A stretch of 56,043 nucleotides of DNA from positions 1 to 56,043 of the forward strand of contig JAGTAM010000687.1 in the NCBI GenBank assembly GCA_023422485.1, in the 5' to 3' direction. Shown here piece after piece: positions 43,916-55,862 of the stretch. A program made the position numbers and the translations under genes. The DNA is from Pseudomonadota bacterium (GTDB lineage: Bacteria > Pseudomonadota > Alphaproteobacteria > Rhizobiales > Beijerinckiaceae). The notes below the pieces were generated by a model. The model worked only from the letters and a program-made list of their open reading frames with translations. It was not told where the DNA came from and did not search any database. Every line of letters begins with the position of its first letter. The stretch's first letter is position 1.

Positions 43916-45024
43916 TGTTGACCGTCGACATCAAACATCCGCAGGGCGCGTTTCTCCTCGACACCCGATTTGAGACGGGTAACGGCCTGATCGCGCTGTT
44001 CGGTCGTTCAGGGTCCGGCAAGACGTCGCTGATCAATATCATCGCCGGCCTGACAAGGCCGCAGCAGGGCGTGGTGAAGATCGGCGATGCGATCCTGGTC
44101 GATACCGCGCGCGGCGTGTTCGTACCGCGCCATCGCCGGCGCATCGGCTATGTTTTCCAGGAAGCGCGGCTGTTTCCTCACATGACGGTGCGACAGAACC
44201 TGCTCTACGGACGATGGTTCGCACCTCGGACAGACCGTCGCGAGGATGTCGATCATGTCATCGATATGCTGGGCATCGGGCATGTGCTGGACCGGCGCCC
44301 CGGGCGCCTGTCCGGTGGCGAAAAGCAGCGCGTTGCGATTGGCCGGGCGCTGCTCGCTAATCCGCAATTGCTGCTGATGGATGAGCCTCTGGCATCGCTC
44401 GACGAAGCCCGTAAGGCGGAAATTTTGCCGTACATCGAGCGCCTGCGGGACGAAATTCGCATTCCCATCGTCTACGTCAGTCATTCCATGGCCGAGGTCT
44501 CGCGGCTGGCCAATACGGTCGTGGTGCTGTCGGACGGTAAAGTCGCGGCGAGCGGACCGGCGATGGACGTTCTGCACCAGCTCAATCTGGTGCCGCTGAT
44601 CGGTGGTGCGGAGGCTGGCGCGATCGTTGAAGCAACAGTGGAGCGTCACGATTCCCAGTACGGGCTGACGGAGCTGAAGTCGCGCGCTGGTCTGTGGCGG
44701 CTGCCGCATCTCGACGAGCCGGCCGGTACGCGCCTCAGGCTGCGCGTTCATGCTCGCGATGTGATGCTCGCCAAGTCTGTGCCGGATGATCTCAGTGCGC
44801 TGAATATCTTCGCCGGAAACGTCGTCGATGTCGGTGGTGAAAGTGGTCCGATGGTCGAGGTCAAACTCGACTGCAACAGTGATGTCCTGATCGCGCGTCT
44901 CACCCGCTATTCGGTCGAGCGGCTGGGATTGGCTCCCGGCGTCAAGGCTTATGCGCTGGTGAAGAGCGTCGCCCTCGACCGTCGCGGGCATGCAACTCCC
45001 GCGCAGCGTGACCTGGAGGCGTGA
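43912..45024 (+). CDS. modC: Molybdate ABC transporter ATPase
   Basis: GRSGSGKTS, LSGGEKQR, LLMDEP, C-terminal TOBE (SALN, ALVKSV). Confidence 0.96.
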   Translation: MMLTVDIKHPQGAFLLDTRFETGNGLIALFGRSGSGKTSLINIIAGLTRPQQGVVKIGDAILVDTARGVFVPRHRRRIGYVFQEARLFPHMTVRQNLLYGRWFAPRTDRREDVDHVIDMLGIGHVLDRRPGRLSGGEKQRVAIGRALLANPQLLLMDEPLASLDEARKAEILPYIERLRDEIRIPIVYVSHSMAEVSRLANTVVVLSDGKVAASGPAMDVLHQLNLVPLIGGAEAGAIVEATVERHDSQYGLTELKSRAGLWRLPHLDEPAGTRLRLRVHARDVMLAKSVPDDLSALNIFAGNVVDVGGESGPMVEVKLDCNSDVLIARLTRYSVERLGLAPGVKAYALVKSVALDRRGHATPAQRDLEA

Positions 45025-45026
45025 AT

Positions 45027-45464
45027 TTACTCGACCTCAACGAGGGCCGGCCGGTCCGCAAGTGCTGCCTTGAGCGCCTTCAGATCGGCGGCAGTGGCCG
45101 AGGCTGCAGCCGTCTCGATGGCGCGATAGCGGCGCACCACATCGCGGCCCAGATCCGAAAGACGCGCGCCGCCGCCGCCCGTTCCGCCCATCTGCTTCTC
45201 GACCAGCGGTTCACGAAAAATCCGATTGATCTCGTCGACCAGTAGCCACGCCCGGCGATAGGACATGTCCATCTCTTTGCCGGCCGCTGAAATCGAGCCG
45301 TGCCGCTCGATCAACTCCATGAGCGTAATTTTGCCGGGGCCGAGATAGCCGAAGGCTCCGAAATCGACGCGAAGCGTCAGTTTGGCCTTCCGCAGTGGGC
45401 TTCCATCCTTGCTCTCCGCGTGTGCCGCCGCTCGTCTGGTGCTGGATTTCGGAGCCTGCCGCAT
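45027..45464 (-). CDS. modE: ModE N-terminal-type winged-HTH regulator
   Basis: LGPGKITLME, GSISAAGKEMDMSYRRAW, GGTGGGGA; no TOBE domain. Confidence 0.88.
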   Translation of the reverse strand: MRQAPKSSTRRAAAHAESKDGSPLRKAKLTLRVDFGAFGYLGPGKITLMELIERHGSISAAGKEMDMSYRRAWLLVDEINRIFREPLVEKQMGGTGGGGARLSDLGRDVVRRYRAIETAAASATAADLKALKAALADRPALVEVE

Positions 45465-45530
45465 CGCTGCCACCGCTGTTCTTGCTTGATTTGCCGGAGA
45501 GGCATCATGCCACAAACAGGCTGAGAATGA

Positions 45531-46349
45531 TCACGCCTGAATTGCCGAGCGACGCATCGCGCACAGATGCAAGGTGACGGCGGCGGCGTTCGAGACGTTG
45601 AGGCTCGCCAGCGGGCCAGGCGTCGCGATGCGACAGAGGCGGTCACAGCTTTCCTGGGTCAGATGGCGGAGGCCCTTGCCCTCGGCGCCCAGAACGATTG
45701 CGAGGGCGCCTGTCAGCGGTTCGTCCTCGATCATGTGGGTGGCGGTCCCCTCAAGGCCGATCCGCGTACAGCCAAGCTCGCCGAGTTCAGCCAGAGCTCG
45801 GGCCAGATTTTGCACCAGAGCGACCGGAATGAGATCGAGTGCTCCCGAGGCGCTTTTGGCGAGTACACCTGTCAGTGGTGCGCTGTTTCGGCGCGTCATC
45901 ACAAGGCCCGACGCTCCGAAGGCTGCCGCGGAGCGCAGCACGGCTCCTACGTTATGAGGGTCCGTCACTTGGTCGAGAACCACGATTGGCCCGTTTGCGG
46001 TTCGCTGTACGAGATCTTCCAGAGTTTGCTCGGGAAGTGGCTCGGTTTCGAGCAAGGCGCCCTGGTGAACCGTGTCGGCACCCAGTCGCCGGTCGAGATC
46101 GCGCGGGATGACGCGCTCCGCCGTCACATTCCGGCCTGCGAGCGCATCGGCCAGCCGGCGTTCCGCGTTCTCTGTCAGCAGAAGGCGGCTGATGGTGCGG
46201 TCCGGGTTGCGCAATGCCGCTTCGACGGCATGAACACCGAACAACAGGACAGGACCATCATCCTCCTGCTTGGCATATGCTGGTGGCCCGCCATGTCCGC
46301 CGGAGCCGCGCCAGTTGCGCTGGGATTTGTCTGGTCGCTTGGCTGCCAT
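45531..46349 (-). CDS. rlmB: 23S rRNA 2'-O-methyltransferase (TrmH/RlmB family)
   Basis: LDQVTDPHNVGAVLRSA, LGAEGKG, SLNVSNA; divergent from tRNA-Tyr. Confidence 0.92.
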   Translation of the reverse strand: MAAKRPDKSQRNWRGSGGHGGPPAYAKQEDDGPVLLFGVHAVEAALRNPDRTISRLLLTENAERRLADALAGRNVTAERVIPRDLDRRLGADTVHQGALLETEPLPEQTLEDLVQRTANGPIVVLDQVTDPHNVGAVLRSAAAFGASGLVMTRRNSAPLTGVLAKSASGALDLIPVALVQNLARALAELGELGCTRIGLEGTATHMIEDEPLTGALAIVLGAEGKGLRHLTQESCDRLCRIATPGPLASLNVSNAAAVTLHLCAMRRSAIQA

Positions 46350-46527
46350 GGCGGTTTCGCAGGTTCGAGGTTGGAGGCTTCGCTCGGATCAATCCGGCAC
46401 GCCTGCGTCACTTGACCCAGGCTGCGTCAGTTTTCAATTGACAATCGCGCGGGCCGTTACGATAAAAACCGCCGTTGGCCCTGCTGGTGACGGTGGGGCG
46501 ATTTTGTTTGGCCCTGACGGGCCGCGT

Positions 46528-46612
46528 GGAGAGGTGCCCGAGTGGCTAAAGGGGACGGACTGTAAATCCGTTGGCTTCGCCTACGTTGGTTCGAATCCAA
46601 CCCTCTCCACCA
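46528..46612 (+). tRNA. tRNA-Tyr(GTA)
   Basis: GGAGAGG...CCTCTCC ACCA, anticodon loop CTGTAAA, long variable arm, GGTTCGAATCC; TTGACA at 46438 upstream. Confidence 0.98.
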
Positions 46613-46735
46613 CCGCTTTCCTACGCACTCCCAATGCTCCCCAAGATATTGATTTGGCCTTCGCTTTGGCGGGGCTGAAGATCACCGAGGTGAAGACCGT
46701 CTGTCGGGGAATAAGGTCCGGCCGTCCCCGCTCGA

Positions 46736-48334
46736 CTAATGCGCGTCCGCTGGCGGTGCGGCCTTGGGCTTGCGCATGAACAGCGCGAACACGGCCATGG
46801 CGGTAAACATGAGCGTCAGGATCAGGAACACGTCGGCGAAGGACATGACCAGCGCCTGGCGTCTGACCATCATCGCCAACTGCTTTACGGCCGCCAGATC
46901 GGCATCAGGCATATGTGCCGACAACTGCGCGGTCATGTTGGCCAGAGTGTCTTCTGCCACCGCCCGCCCCCAGGCGACGCTTTCATGCAAACGCGCCAAG
47001 TGCAGATCGAGCCGGTTGTTGAGCACGGTATTGATCACCGCCAAGCCGACTGCACCCCCGAGGTTGCGCATGAGATTGTACAACCCTGCGGCGTTCTTCA
47101 GTTGATCCGGCGGCAGTGTGCCGAGCGCCAGATTGTTGATCGGCACCATGCAAAGCATCAATGAGCAGCCACGCAGGATCTGCGGGATGAGCAACTCGTA
47201 GAAATCCCAATCAACGGTGATGCCGGAGGCGATGTAGGTGCCGAGGGCAAACCCAAGCGTTCCCACGAGCAGCATGCTGCGAGGGTCCATGGTCTGCGAC
47301 AGGCGTCCCGCGATGGGGGCGGTGAGGAACATCGCCAGACCGGTTACGAACATCGTCTCGCCGATCATCAGTGCATCGTAGCCGCGTACTTGGGACAGGT
47401 AGACGGGATAGAGATACGTCAGACCGTAGAGTCCGATACCCATGACGAAACTGAAGACGGAGCCAAAGGCAAAGTTCAAATTCTTGAACGCGCGCAATTC
47501 GACGACAGGCTGAGGTGCGGTGAACGCGCGCCAAAAGAAAACCAGGGCGCCTGCAACCGAGAGGACCGTGAAGATCGTAATCGCGGTGTCATCGAACCAA
47601 TCATTGCGCGGGCCTTCTTCGAGGGCATACTCCAGAGATCCGAGGAAGAGCGCCATGGCTCCGAAGCCGATGAAATCGAAGCGCTTGAGCAGCGAGTGAT
47701 CGGGCTTGTCAAAATCGACGAGAAAGTAGACGGCAACGGCCACGCCGATGCCCGGGATGACATTGACCAGGAACAGCCAGTGCCAGGAAAACGCATCGCT
47801 CAAATAGCCGCCGATTGTCGGGCCGATCGTCGGCGCCAAGGTCGCAACGAGGCCGATCATCGGTGAAACGACACTACGCTTCGAGGCCGGAAACAGCGAA
47901 AAGGCGACAGCAAACACGCTCGGGATCATGCCGCCGCCGATAAACCCCTGCAGCGCACGGAAGATGATCATTTCGTCGATCGACGTTGCAGTCGCGCACA
48001 ACAGGCTGGCAATCGTGAACCCGACGGCCGAGCTGAAAAACAGGACGCGCGTCGATAGCGCCCGGGCCAGAAAACCCGACAGCGGAATCATGATGACTTC
48101 CGCGATCAGATAGGACGTCTGCACCCAGGGAATTTCATCGGCGCTGGCGGACAGTCCAGCCTGGATTTCAGCAAGCGATGCCGAAACGATCTGAATATCC
48201 AGGATCGCCATGAACATGCCGAACACCATCGCCAGGAAGCCAGCGAGCTGGCGGCCGGTGACGCCCGCCCACGGAATGATCCTCGGATCAGCCGCGGTCG
48301 GCGTTTTTCCATCGATCGGAATGGCGTTGGACAT
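46736..48334 (-). CDS. emrB: DHA2-family MFS efflux permease
   Basis: FMAILDIQIV, WVQTSYL, RALQG, APTIGPTIGG, WLFLVNV. Confidence 0.94.
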   Translation of the reverse strand: MSNAIPIDGKTPTAADPRIIPWAGVTGRQLAGFLAMVFGMFMAILDIQIVSASLAEIQAGLSASADEIPWVQTSYLIAEVIMIPLSGFLARALSTRVLFFSSAVGFTIASLLCATATSIDEMIIFRALQGFIGGGMIPSVFAVAFSLFPASKRSVVSPMIGLVATLAPTIGPTIGGYLSDAFSWHWLFLVNVIPGIGVAVAVYFLVDFDKPDHSLLKRFDFIGFGAMALFLGSLEYALEEGPRNDWFDDTAITIFTVLSVAGALVFFWRAFTAPQPVVELRAFKNLNFAFGSVFSFVMGIGLYGLTYLYPVYLSQVRGYDALMIGETMFVTGLAMFLTAPIAGRLSQTMDPRSMLLVGTLGFALGTYIASGITVDWDFYELLIPQILRGCSLMLCMVPINNLALGTLPPDQLKNAAGLYNLMRNLGGAVGLAVINTVLNNRLDLHLARLHESVAWGRAVAEDTLANMTAQLSAHMPDADLAAVKQLAMMVRRQALVMSFADVFLILTLMFTAMAVFALFMRKPKAAPPADAH

Positions 48335-48354
48335 GGCGATTATGCCGTTTGACG

Positions 48355-49614
48355 CTACTGACGAGACGCCGACGACCCGAGCTCAGCGTGTTGAGTGGCG
48401 CTTGGTGCAGTGCGCGTGTCGATTTGAATAACGACCGACAGGCCGGGCCGGAGTTTGCCGTTGGCCTTATCGGTGGGAACCACGATCCTGACGGGCACGC
48501 GCTGAACGATCTTGGTGAAGTTGCCCGTTGCATTTTCGGGGGGCAGCAAGGAGAACTGTGATCCGGAAGCGGGCGCGATGCTCTCTACGGTTCCTTCGAT
48601 GGCCTCTCCATCGAGTGCGTCGACCCAGACGGTTACCTTCTCACCGACCGCGACGTGGGCGAGTTGCGTCTCCTTGAGGTTGGCATCGACATAGACCTTG
48701 TCGAGCGGCACCACGGCTGCGAGCCGTTTGCCCTGCGAGACATAATCTCCGACCTGAACATTCCTGTTGCCGACCACCCCATTGAAGGGCGCGCGGATCA
48801 CGGTGAAGGACAGATCGCGTTCTGCCTTGGCAACGCTGACTTCGAGTTCCTTGGCGACCTGCTGGGCCTCCGCACGCTGCGATTTGAGAAGGGCGACATT
48901 GGCGTCCGCGGTTTGAATCACGGCTTCGCCGGCCTTCGCTTGCGCTATGGCCGAGTCGCGGGCCGCAATCGCTGCGTCGAGTGTCGCTTTGGCTGAGAAA
49001 CCGCGATCGGCCAGCGGCTTGGTACGTTCGTAGTCGGCCTCGGTTTTGACCACGCTGGCTTTGGCGGCATCGAGTTGGGCGCGCGCCTGTGCAGCTGTCG
49101 CCTGCGCGGCGAGAATCTGAGCGTCAAACGTCTTGATGACCGCATTCTGAGTGGCGAGCTTCGCCTGCGACTGTTCGAGGGCGAGGCGATAATCTCCATC
49201 GTCAAGGCGGACGAGAACGTCTCCTTCCTTGACGTGCTGGTTCTCGACGATCGGGACTTCGGCAACGTTGGCGGCGACCTTTGGCGAGATGATTGCCATA
49301 TCGGCCCCAACGTAGGCGTCGTCGGTTGAAACCATGAAGCGGCCAACCGTGAGATAGTCGTAGCCGAACCACGCCGCCGCTGAGATCAGCAGGACTGCGA
49401 TGAGGCCGAACGCGAGCTTCTTTCCCGAGCGTCGGGGCGGCCGTTCGCTCATTTGGTCGGTGGCGCCGGTGTCCGGCTGCCGCTGTTGCTCCTGGGCGGG
49501 GGCGAAGCCCGTGACCGGATGTGAAGAGGCTTTTGCACCACTTTCCGGCGGTGTGGGCTCGGCGGGAAGGCGTTCCGAGGCAGCCTTCATGTAAACGGGA
49601 GTTGCGGCGTTCAT
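48355..49614 (-). CDS. emrA: HlyD/EmrA membrane fusion protein
   Basis: STDDAYV, ANLKETQL, FSLLPPENATGNFTKIVQRVPV. Confidence 0.94.
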   Translation of the reverse strand: MNAATPVYMKAASERLPAEPTPPESGAKASSHPVTGFAPAQEQQRQPDTGATDQMSERPPRRSGKKLAFGLIAVLLISAAAWFGYDYLTVGRFMVSTDDAYVGADMAIISPKVAANVAEVPIVENQHVKEGDVLVRLDDGDYRLALEQSQAKLATQNAVIKTFDAQILAAQATAAQARAQLDAAKASVVKTEADYERTKPLADRGFSAKATLDAAIAARDSAIAQAKAGEAVIQTADANVALLKSQRAEAQQVAKELEVSVAKAERDLSFTVIRAPFNGVVGNRNVQVGDYVSQGKRLAAVVPLDKVYVDANLKETQLAHVAVGEKVTVWVDALDGEAIEGTVESIAPASGSQFSLLPPENATGNFTKIVQRVPVRIVVPTDKANGKLRPGLSVVIQIDTRTAPSATQHAELGSSASRQ

Positions 49615-49666
49615 TGCGGGATCCTTGGCCTACGGGCTCCGTAGGACTGTCGCCTGTATGATTGCT

Positions 49667-49736
49667 AAACCAGTCGGTTTGATTGAGGTTGACATAGAGC
49701 GTCCAGACGACGACATCAATAGAGAACTGAACGGTT
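49667..49736. promoter_or_regulatory. Two putative TetR operators between emrA and tetR
   Basis: AAACCAGTCGGTTT (49667-49680) and AACTGAACGGTT (49725-49736), imperfect palindromes AACYR-NN-CGGTT. Confidence 0.55.
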
Positions 49737-49805
49737 TGGTTTTATTAATTTGCGGTTCGATGCCGCAGTGCAGCATTGGCAATTCGAGAAGTGGAGGACG
49801 CCACG

Positions 49806-50504
49806 ATGGCATCTCCTGAAAAGTCCGAAGATCTCTGCTTGGGGGCAAAACGTGGCGGCCGCCCTGCCGCCGGGACGGACCCAGTTAAGCGCCAGCAGAT
49901 TCTCGAAGGCGCAGGCCGGGTGTTCTCAACACTCGGATTTGATGCGGCCAGCATGAACGACGTTGCACGTGAGGCGCGGGTCTCGAAGGCGACGCTTTAT
50001 GTGTATTACGAGGATAAAGAGCATCTCTTCGCGGCGATTTGCGCGGAGCGGCGGGATCGAAATATCTCAGAGCTCATCGGACAGCTGGACGTCTCGAAGC
50101 CGTTGGCGGAAACGATGCAGGCCTTTGGTGAATCGATGCTTCAGCGCCTTTCGGATCCAGCGGTCATCGCGGCGCATCGCATTGTGATTGGTGTTGCCGA
50201 ACGCATGCCCGATGTCGGGCGCGAGTTTTATGAAGCTGGCCCGCAGCGTATACGCTGGGCTTTCAAGGAGTATCTCGACCACCATGTGCAGGCCGGAACG
50301 CTCGATATCGAGGACCGGTATCTGGCCGCTGTGCAATTCCTCGAACTCGCCCAGGCCAAGATCTTTCGCGCGATGTTGTTTGGCGTGAATGGCAGCCCGT
50401 CCACGGATGAGATCAGGAAGGTCGTTGCGTCGGCGGTAAAAGTGTTTTTAGCCGCATATGGACCACGTTGCGGGCAGCCTGATGGTTCCCATATCGATGT
50501 GTGA
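49806..50504 (+). CDS. TetR/AcrR family regulator (EmrR-like)
   Basis: GFDAASMNDVAREARVSKATLYVYYEDKE; GGAGG RBS. Confidence 0.93.
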   Translation: MASPEKSEDLCLGAKRGGRPAAGTDPVKRQQILEGAGRVFSTLGFDAASMNDVAREARVSKATLYVYYEDKEHLFAAICAERRDRNISELIGQLDVSKPLAETMQAFGESMLQRLSDPAVIAAHRIVIGVAERMPDVGREFYEAGPQRIRWAFKEYLDHHVQAGTLDIEDRYLAAVQFLELAQAKIFRAMLFGVNGSPSTDEIRKVVASAVKVFLAAYGPRCGQPDGSHIDV

Positions 50505-50531
50505 TGGGCCTGTTAAGCAGTCCGCCGTTGG

Positions 50532-51464
50532 CTAGTGGCGCTTTCCGTGCACGCGGGGCAATTCTGAAAACGCTGCGCTTATTTGCTTTCGAAACCAGAT
50601 TTGGGGCGCCGATCGGCTGTGGCGGCGATGCCAGTAGAGCGTCCACACGATTGGCGGCACGGTGAAGGGCACCTTGCGCATGACGAGATCATGCGTCTCG
50701 GCAAACATGATGGCTAGGCTTTCCGCCATCACGGCCACGAGATCCGATTGCATGAGGATCGATGGCAGCACCACCCAGTGTGGCGTCGTCAGCGCAACAT
50801 CCCGCTGGTGGCCCATCTTCGACAGGACATGATCGACGAAGCGAGAGTCGGGCGGGCTGATCGATACGCGCACCTGACGCAGGGACAGAAACTTCTCGAA
50901 CGTCAGACGGCTGTTGGCGGCTGGATGTGATGCGTTCATCACGCAGACGAGACGATCCTCGAATAGCGGCTGTTCTTCGATCGCTCCTGGCAGTGCCAGC
51001 CCCGTGCTGACCGCCGCATCAACGGTGTCCAGTTCCAACGCTTCAATCGTCGCTTCGGGTGAAAGATGCACCGTGTCCAGGATGGCTTTGGGTGCGGCCG
51101 CGGTCATGTTGGAAATCAGTCGCGCCAGGGCCAGGGCCTCGAGCAGATCGGAAAGCCGCAGCCTGAAGCGTCGGCTCGTACGCATCGGATCAAATCCGAT
51201 ATCCTCCTCGAACACGTGGCCAATCAGCCGGAGGGCCTGCCGCGTTTTCTCCCCGAGATCCAACCCGCGATGTGTCGGCTCCATCCCGCGCGGCGTGCGG
51301 ACCAGCAGATCATCGTCGAAGATTTCTCGCAGACGCGCGAGCGCATTGCTCATGGCAGGCTGGGACAGACCGATGCGCATGGCGGCCCGCGTCACATGGC
51401 GCTCGCTGAGCAGCGCATCGAGCGCAACCAGAAGGTTCAAATCGAGTGAGCGGAGGTTTCTCAC
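50532..51464 (-). CDS. LysR-family regulator (NodD-like)
   Basis: LDLNLLVALDALL...LSQPAMSNALARLR. Confidence 0.92.
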   Translation of the reverse strand: MRNLRSLDLNLLVALDALLSERHVTRAAMRIGLSQPAMSNALARLREIFDDDLLVRTPRGMEPTHRGLDLGEKTRQALRLIGHVFEEDIGFDPMRTSRRFRLRLSDLLEALALARLISNMTAAAPKAILDTVHLSPEATIEALELDTVDAAVSTGLALPGAIEEQPLFEDRLVCVMNASHPAANSRLTFEKFLSLRQVRVSISPPDSRFVDHVLSKMGHQRDVALTTPHWVVLPSILMQSDLVAVMAESLAIMFAETHDLVMRKVPFTVPPIVWTLYWHRRHSRSAPQIWFRKQISAAFSELPRVHGKRH

Positions 51465-51601
51465 GTCATCCAGCCAATCATTCGCAGCATCAATGCTGAC
51501 ATATCAACTATCCATTATCCTCATCAACCTGCCTGCTCTAATCCTTAATGTAACGGGGTGCCGTCTGGGGTGTCTCGAAGGCATGAGGATGAGGCTGGAC
51601 G

Positions 51602-52324
51602 ATGCCATTACCGGTAGGAACGACACCCGTTGCCGAACTGCGCGACACGCTCAAAGTTCTGACATTCGACCTTTACGGCACCGTGGTCGATATGCAGGGC
51701 GGGCTGGTCGAGATCGCGACGCCGTGGCTTGCCAAGAAGGGCTGGAAAGGTAAGCCGAATTCGTTCGTCACCTGGTGGCGCCGCACGCATTTTGAGAACT
51801 CCATGATCGATGCGCTGCTGGATCGTGGTCACACGCCCTATCGCGAGATCGGCCGTCGCGCGGTGACCCTGACGCTGGAACGCGCAGGCATCGCGCACAC
51901 GCAGGACGAGGTGAAAGCGCTCGTTGCCGAGATCGAGAAACTGCGGCCATTCCCCGATGCCGTGGAGGCGCTGGGCCGTCTATCCAAGCGCTACAAGCTG
52001 GTCATTCTCTCGAATGGCGATGCCGACATGCTGGAGAATGCCAAGCCCTATATCGGGTACGAGTTCGATCAGTACATCTCGATTGCGACCGCGGGCTATT
52101 TCAAGCCGCATGCGGCGACCTACAAGAAGGCCGCCGAGATTCTGCGCACGCCGATCGAGCAGATCATGCACGTCGCCAACCATCAGTTCGACTGCATCGG
52201 CGCGCAGGCCCAGGGCATGAAAGGTGGTTTCATCAACCGTCGCCAGCGCCCGTATGAAGACACGCCGTATCAGCCGCATCTGGTCGTCGATAACCTGAAG
52301 GAACTCGCCGACGTTTTGGCCTGA
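51602..52324 (+). CDS. Haloacid dehalogenase type II-like HAD hydrolase
   Basis: FDLYGTVVD, WWRR, LSNG, FKPH, HVANHQFD. Confidence 0.88.
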   Translation: MPLPVGTTPVAELRDTLKVLTFDLYGTVVDMQGGLVEIATPWLAKKGWKGKPNSFVTWWRRTHFENSMIDALLDRGHTPYREIGRRAVTLTLERAGIAHTQDEVKALVAEIEKLRPFPDAVEALGRLSKRYKLVILSNGDADMLENAKPYIGYEFDQYISIATAGYFKPHAATYKKAAEILRTPIEQIMHVANHQFDCIGAQAQGMKGGFINRRQRPYEDTPYQPHLVVDNLKELADVLA

Positions 52325-52339
52325 CGGAAGCGCCGGATC

Positions 52340-53557
52340 ATGAAGCCGCTGGACGATATCCGCGTGGTCGATCTGACGCGCGTCGTGTCGGGGCCGTTCG
52401 CGACGATGATGCTCGCCGACATGGGCGCAGACGTCATCAAGATCGAGGAGCCGAAGCACGGTGACGATACCCGTGCTTTCGGCCCACCCTTCGTGGAGGG
52501 TGACGCGGCTTATTATTTGTCGGTGAACCGCGGCAAACGCAGCCTCACACTCGATCTGAAGAACACGGCCGCGGTGGGAATCGTTCGCAAGCTGGTCGAG
52601 CAGTCGGATGTGTTCGTCGAGAATTTTCGGCCGGGGGCAGCCGACCGTCTCGGCTTCGATGAGGCGACGGTTCGCGCCTGGAATCCGCGCATCGTCTATT
52701 GCTCGATCTCCGGTTTCGGCACTACCGGGCCGGAGCGTGATCGGCCGGGGTACGATCTGGTCGTGCAGGGTGAGTCCGGCATCATGGACATCACGGGCGC
52801 GGCCGATGGTCCGCCGATGAAAATTGGCACGTCGGTCGCTGACCTTGTGACCGGGTTGTACGCGATGCAGGCTATTCTTCTGGCCCTGAGGGCTCGCGAC
52901 AGGACCGGCGAGGGGCAACGTGTCGAAATCGCCATGGTGGATGCGCTGGCGTCGCTGCTGACGTTCAATGCCGGCATTTTCTTCGCCAGCGGCACAAGCC
53001 CGCGACGTCGCGGCAACGCGCATCCGACCATCGTGCCCTACGAAACGTTCCAGGCATCTGATGGCTGGATCAACATCGCGGTCGCGAACGACTCCTTGTG
53101 GCGGCGGTTCTGCGGCGCGTGCGAACGGCCTGACCTGATCGATGATCCGCGCTTTGCGAAGGCTCCGGATCGGGTCACGAACCGGGCGGAACTCATTCCG
53201 CTGGTGACGGAGATGATTTCGCAGAAGCCGCGCGATCATTGGGTGCGCGTGCTGGACGCAGCCGGTGTGCCGTGCGGGCAGATCAAGACCGTGGGCGAAG
53301 TGTGTACCGATCCAGCGCGACTGGCACGTGGCGGCGTGAAAGATCTGCCGCATTCAACAATCGGTACAGTGCCGACCATCGATACGCCGATTGTCCTGCA
53401 TGGAACGCCTGCTGGACCGATGCGTGCCGCACCGTTGCTCGGCGAGCATACCAACGAGGTTCTGCGCGATCTCGTCGGGCTGGGAGTGGAAGAGTTGGAA
53501 GCTCTCGTCCAATCTGGCGCCATTCGCGGAACGAGATCGGACACGGAAAAGCTCTGA
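52340..53557 (+). CDS. CaiB/BaiF family III CoA-transferase
   Basis: VVDLTRVVSGP, NRGKRS, ENFRPG, GYDLVVQG, APLLGEHT. Confidence 0.93.
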   Translation: MKPLDDIRVVDLTRVVSGPFATMMLADMGADVIKIEEPKHGDDTRAFGPPFVEGDAAYYLSVNRGKRSLTLDLKNTAAVGIVRKLVEQSDVFVENFRPGAADRLGFDEATVRAWNPRIVYCSISGFGTTGPERDRPGYDLVVQGESGIMDITGAADGPPMKIGTSVADLVTGLYAMQAILLALRARDRTGEGQRVEIAMVDALASLLTFNAGIFFASGTSPRRRGNAHPTIVPYETFQASDGWINIAVANDSLWRRFCGACERPDLIDDPRFAKAPDRVTNRAELIPLVTEMISQKPRDHWVRVLDAAGVPCGQIKTVGEVCTDPARLARGGVKDLPHSTIGTVPTIDTPIVLHGTPAGPMRAAPLLGEHTNEVLRDLVGLGVEELEALVQSGAIRGTRSDTEKL

Positions 53558-53985
53558 TGGATGAAGCAGCGGCGCGGGCGGCATTCGAGACGGCGCTCTC
53601 GGAACATGTCCCTGATTTTGAGACCTTCTTCCTCGCCAAGCTGATGGGTTTGACGTTCGAGTATCCGGACGAGCGTTGCGTCATCCGCTTTCCAGTGCGC
53701 GACTTCCTGTTCAATCCGCAAGGTTCGCTGCATGGCGGCATCATTGCCACCATCATGGATATCTCCATGGGGCATTTGCTGAAGCGGACGCTCGGCGTTC
53801 AAGGCGCGACCCTGGAAATGAAGGTTCAGTTCCTGGAGCCTGTCCGCCCTCCCGCTGCACGGTGCGAAGGGCGGTTCCTGCGTAGAGGCAACTCGATCTG
53901 CTTCTTGGAGAGCCGTCTGTGGAATGCCGATGACGCGCTCTGCGCGGTAGCAACGGCAACTTGGAAGCCGGCCAAACGGCCCTGA
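53557..53985 (+). CDS. PaaI-family thioesterase
   Basis: NPQGSLHGGIIATIMD; TGATG overlap with the upstream stop. Confidence 0.9.
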   Translation: MDEAAARAAFETALSEHVPDFETFFLAKLMGLTFEYPDERCVIRFPVRDFLFNPQGSLHGGIIATIMDISMGHLLKRTLGVQGATLEMKVQFLEPVRPPAARCEGRFLRRGNSICFLESRLWNADDALCAVATATWKPAKRP

Positions 53986-54030
53986 GCTTGCGGCCCTCGT
54001 CGGGTGTTCAAAAAATATTCAACTTGCTGA

Positions 54031-55431
<1,401 letters not shown>

Positions 55432-55442
55432 TGCCGTAATTG

Positions 55443-55478
55443 GTGCGTCTCGCGGCTCGAAATAGCGGCGGGACGCAC
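55443..55478 (+). terminator. Stem-loop after gdhA
   Basis: GTGCGTCTCGC...GCGGGACGCAC stem; no U-tract. Confidence 0.4.
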
Positions 55479-55579
55479 GGCGTTCCGGGACTATTCCGGG
55501 ACCGCCTTGCCCGTTTGTTCCCAACTTGTCCGTTTGCAAAGACGGTGAAACACGACTAGAAGCCTTGAATATTGGGTTC

Positions 55580-55653
55580 GCGGGTGTAGCTCAATGGTAG
55601 AGCAGCAGCCTTCCAAGCTGAATACGTGGGTTCGATTCCCATCACCCGCTCCA
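55580..55653 (+). tRNA. tRNA-Gly(TCC)
   Basis: GCGGGTG...CACCCGC TCCA, anticodon loop CTTCCAA, GGTTCGATTCC. Confidence 0.98.
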
Positions 55654-55862
55654 TCATCTTCTTAATTTTCTCTGGGTCGGAGCTTCCGCGAGTTGGGCTT
55701 GCCGGCTGAATCCGCCTTGAGCTGCAGACAAAGTCTTCCTACTTAACTGCGGCTTGGCACTTGGCTCTTGCGGAAATAGTCTAGCCGCTTTATGGGCTTC
55801 GCCAGCATCTGTCATAGCTGGCATGCAGCCGGCTTAATCGTAGCTGTCGGGACATCTCAAAA

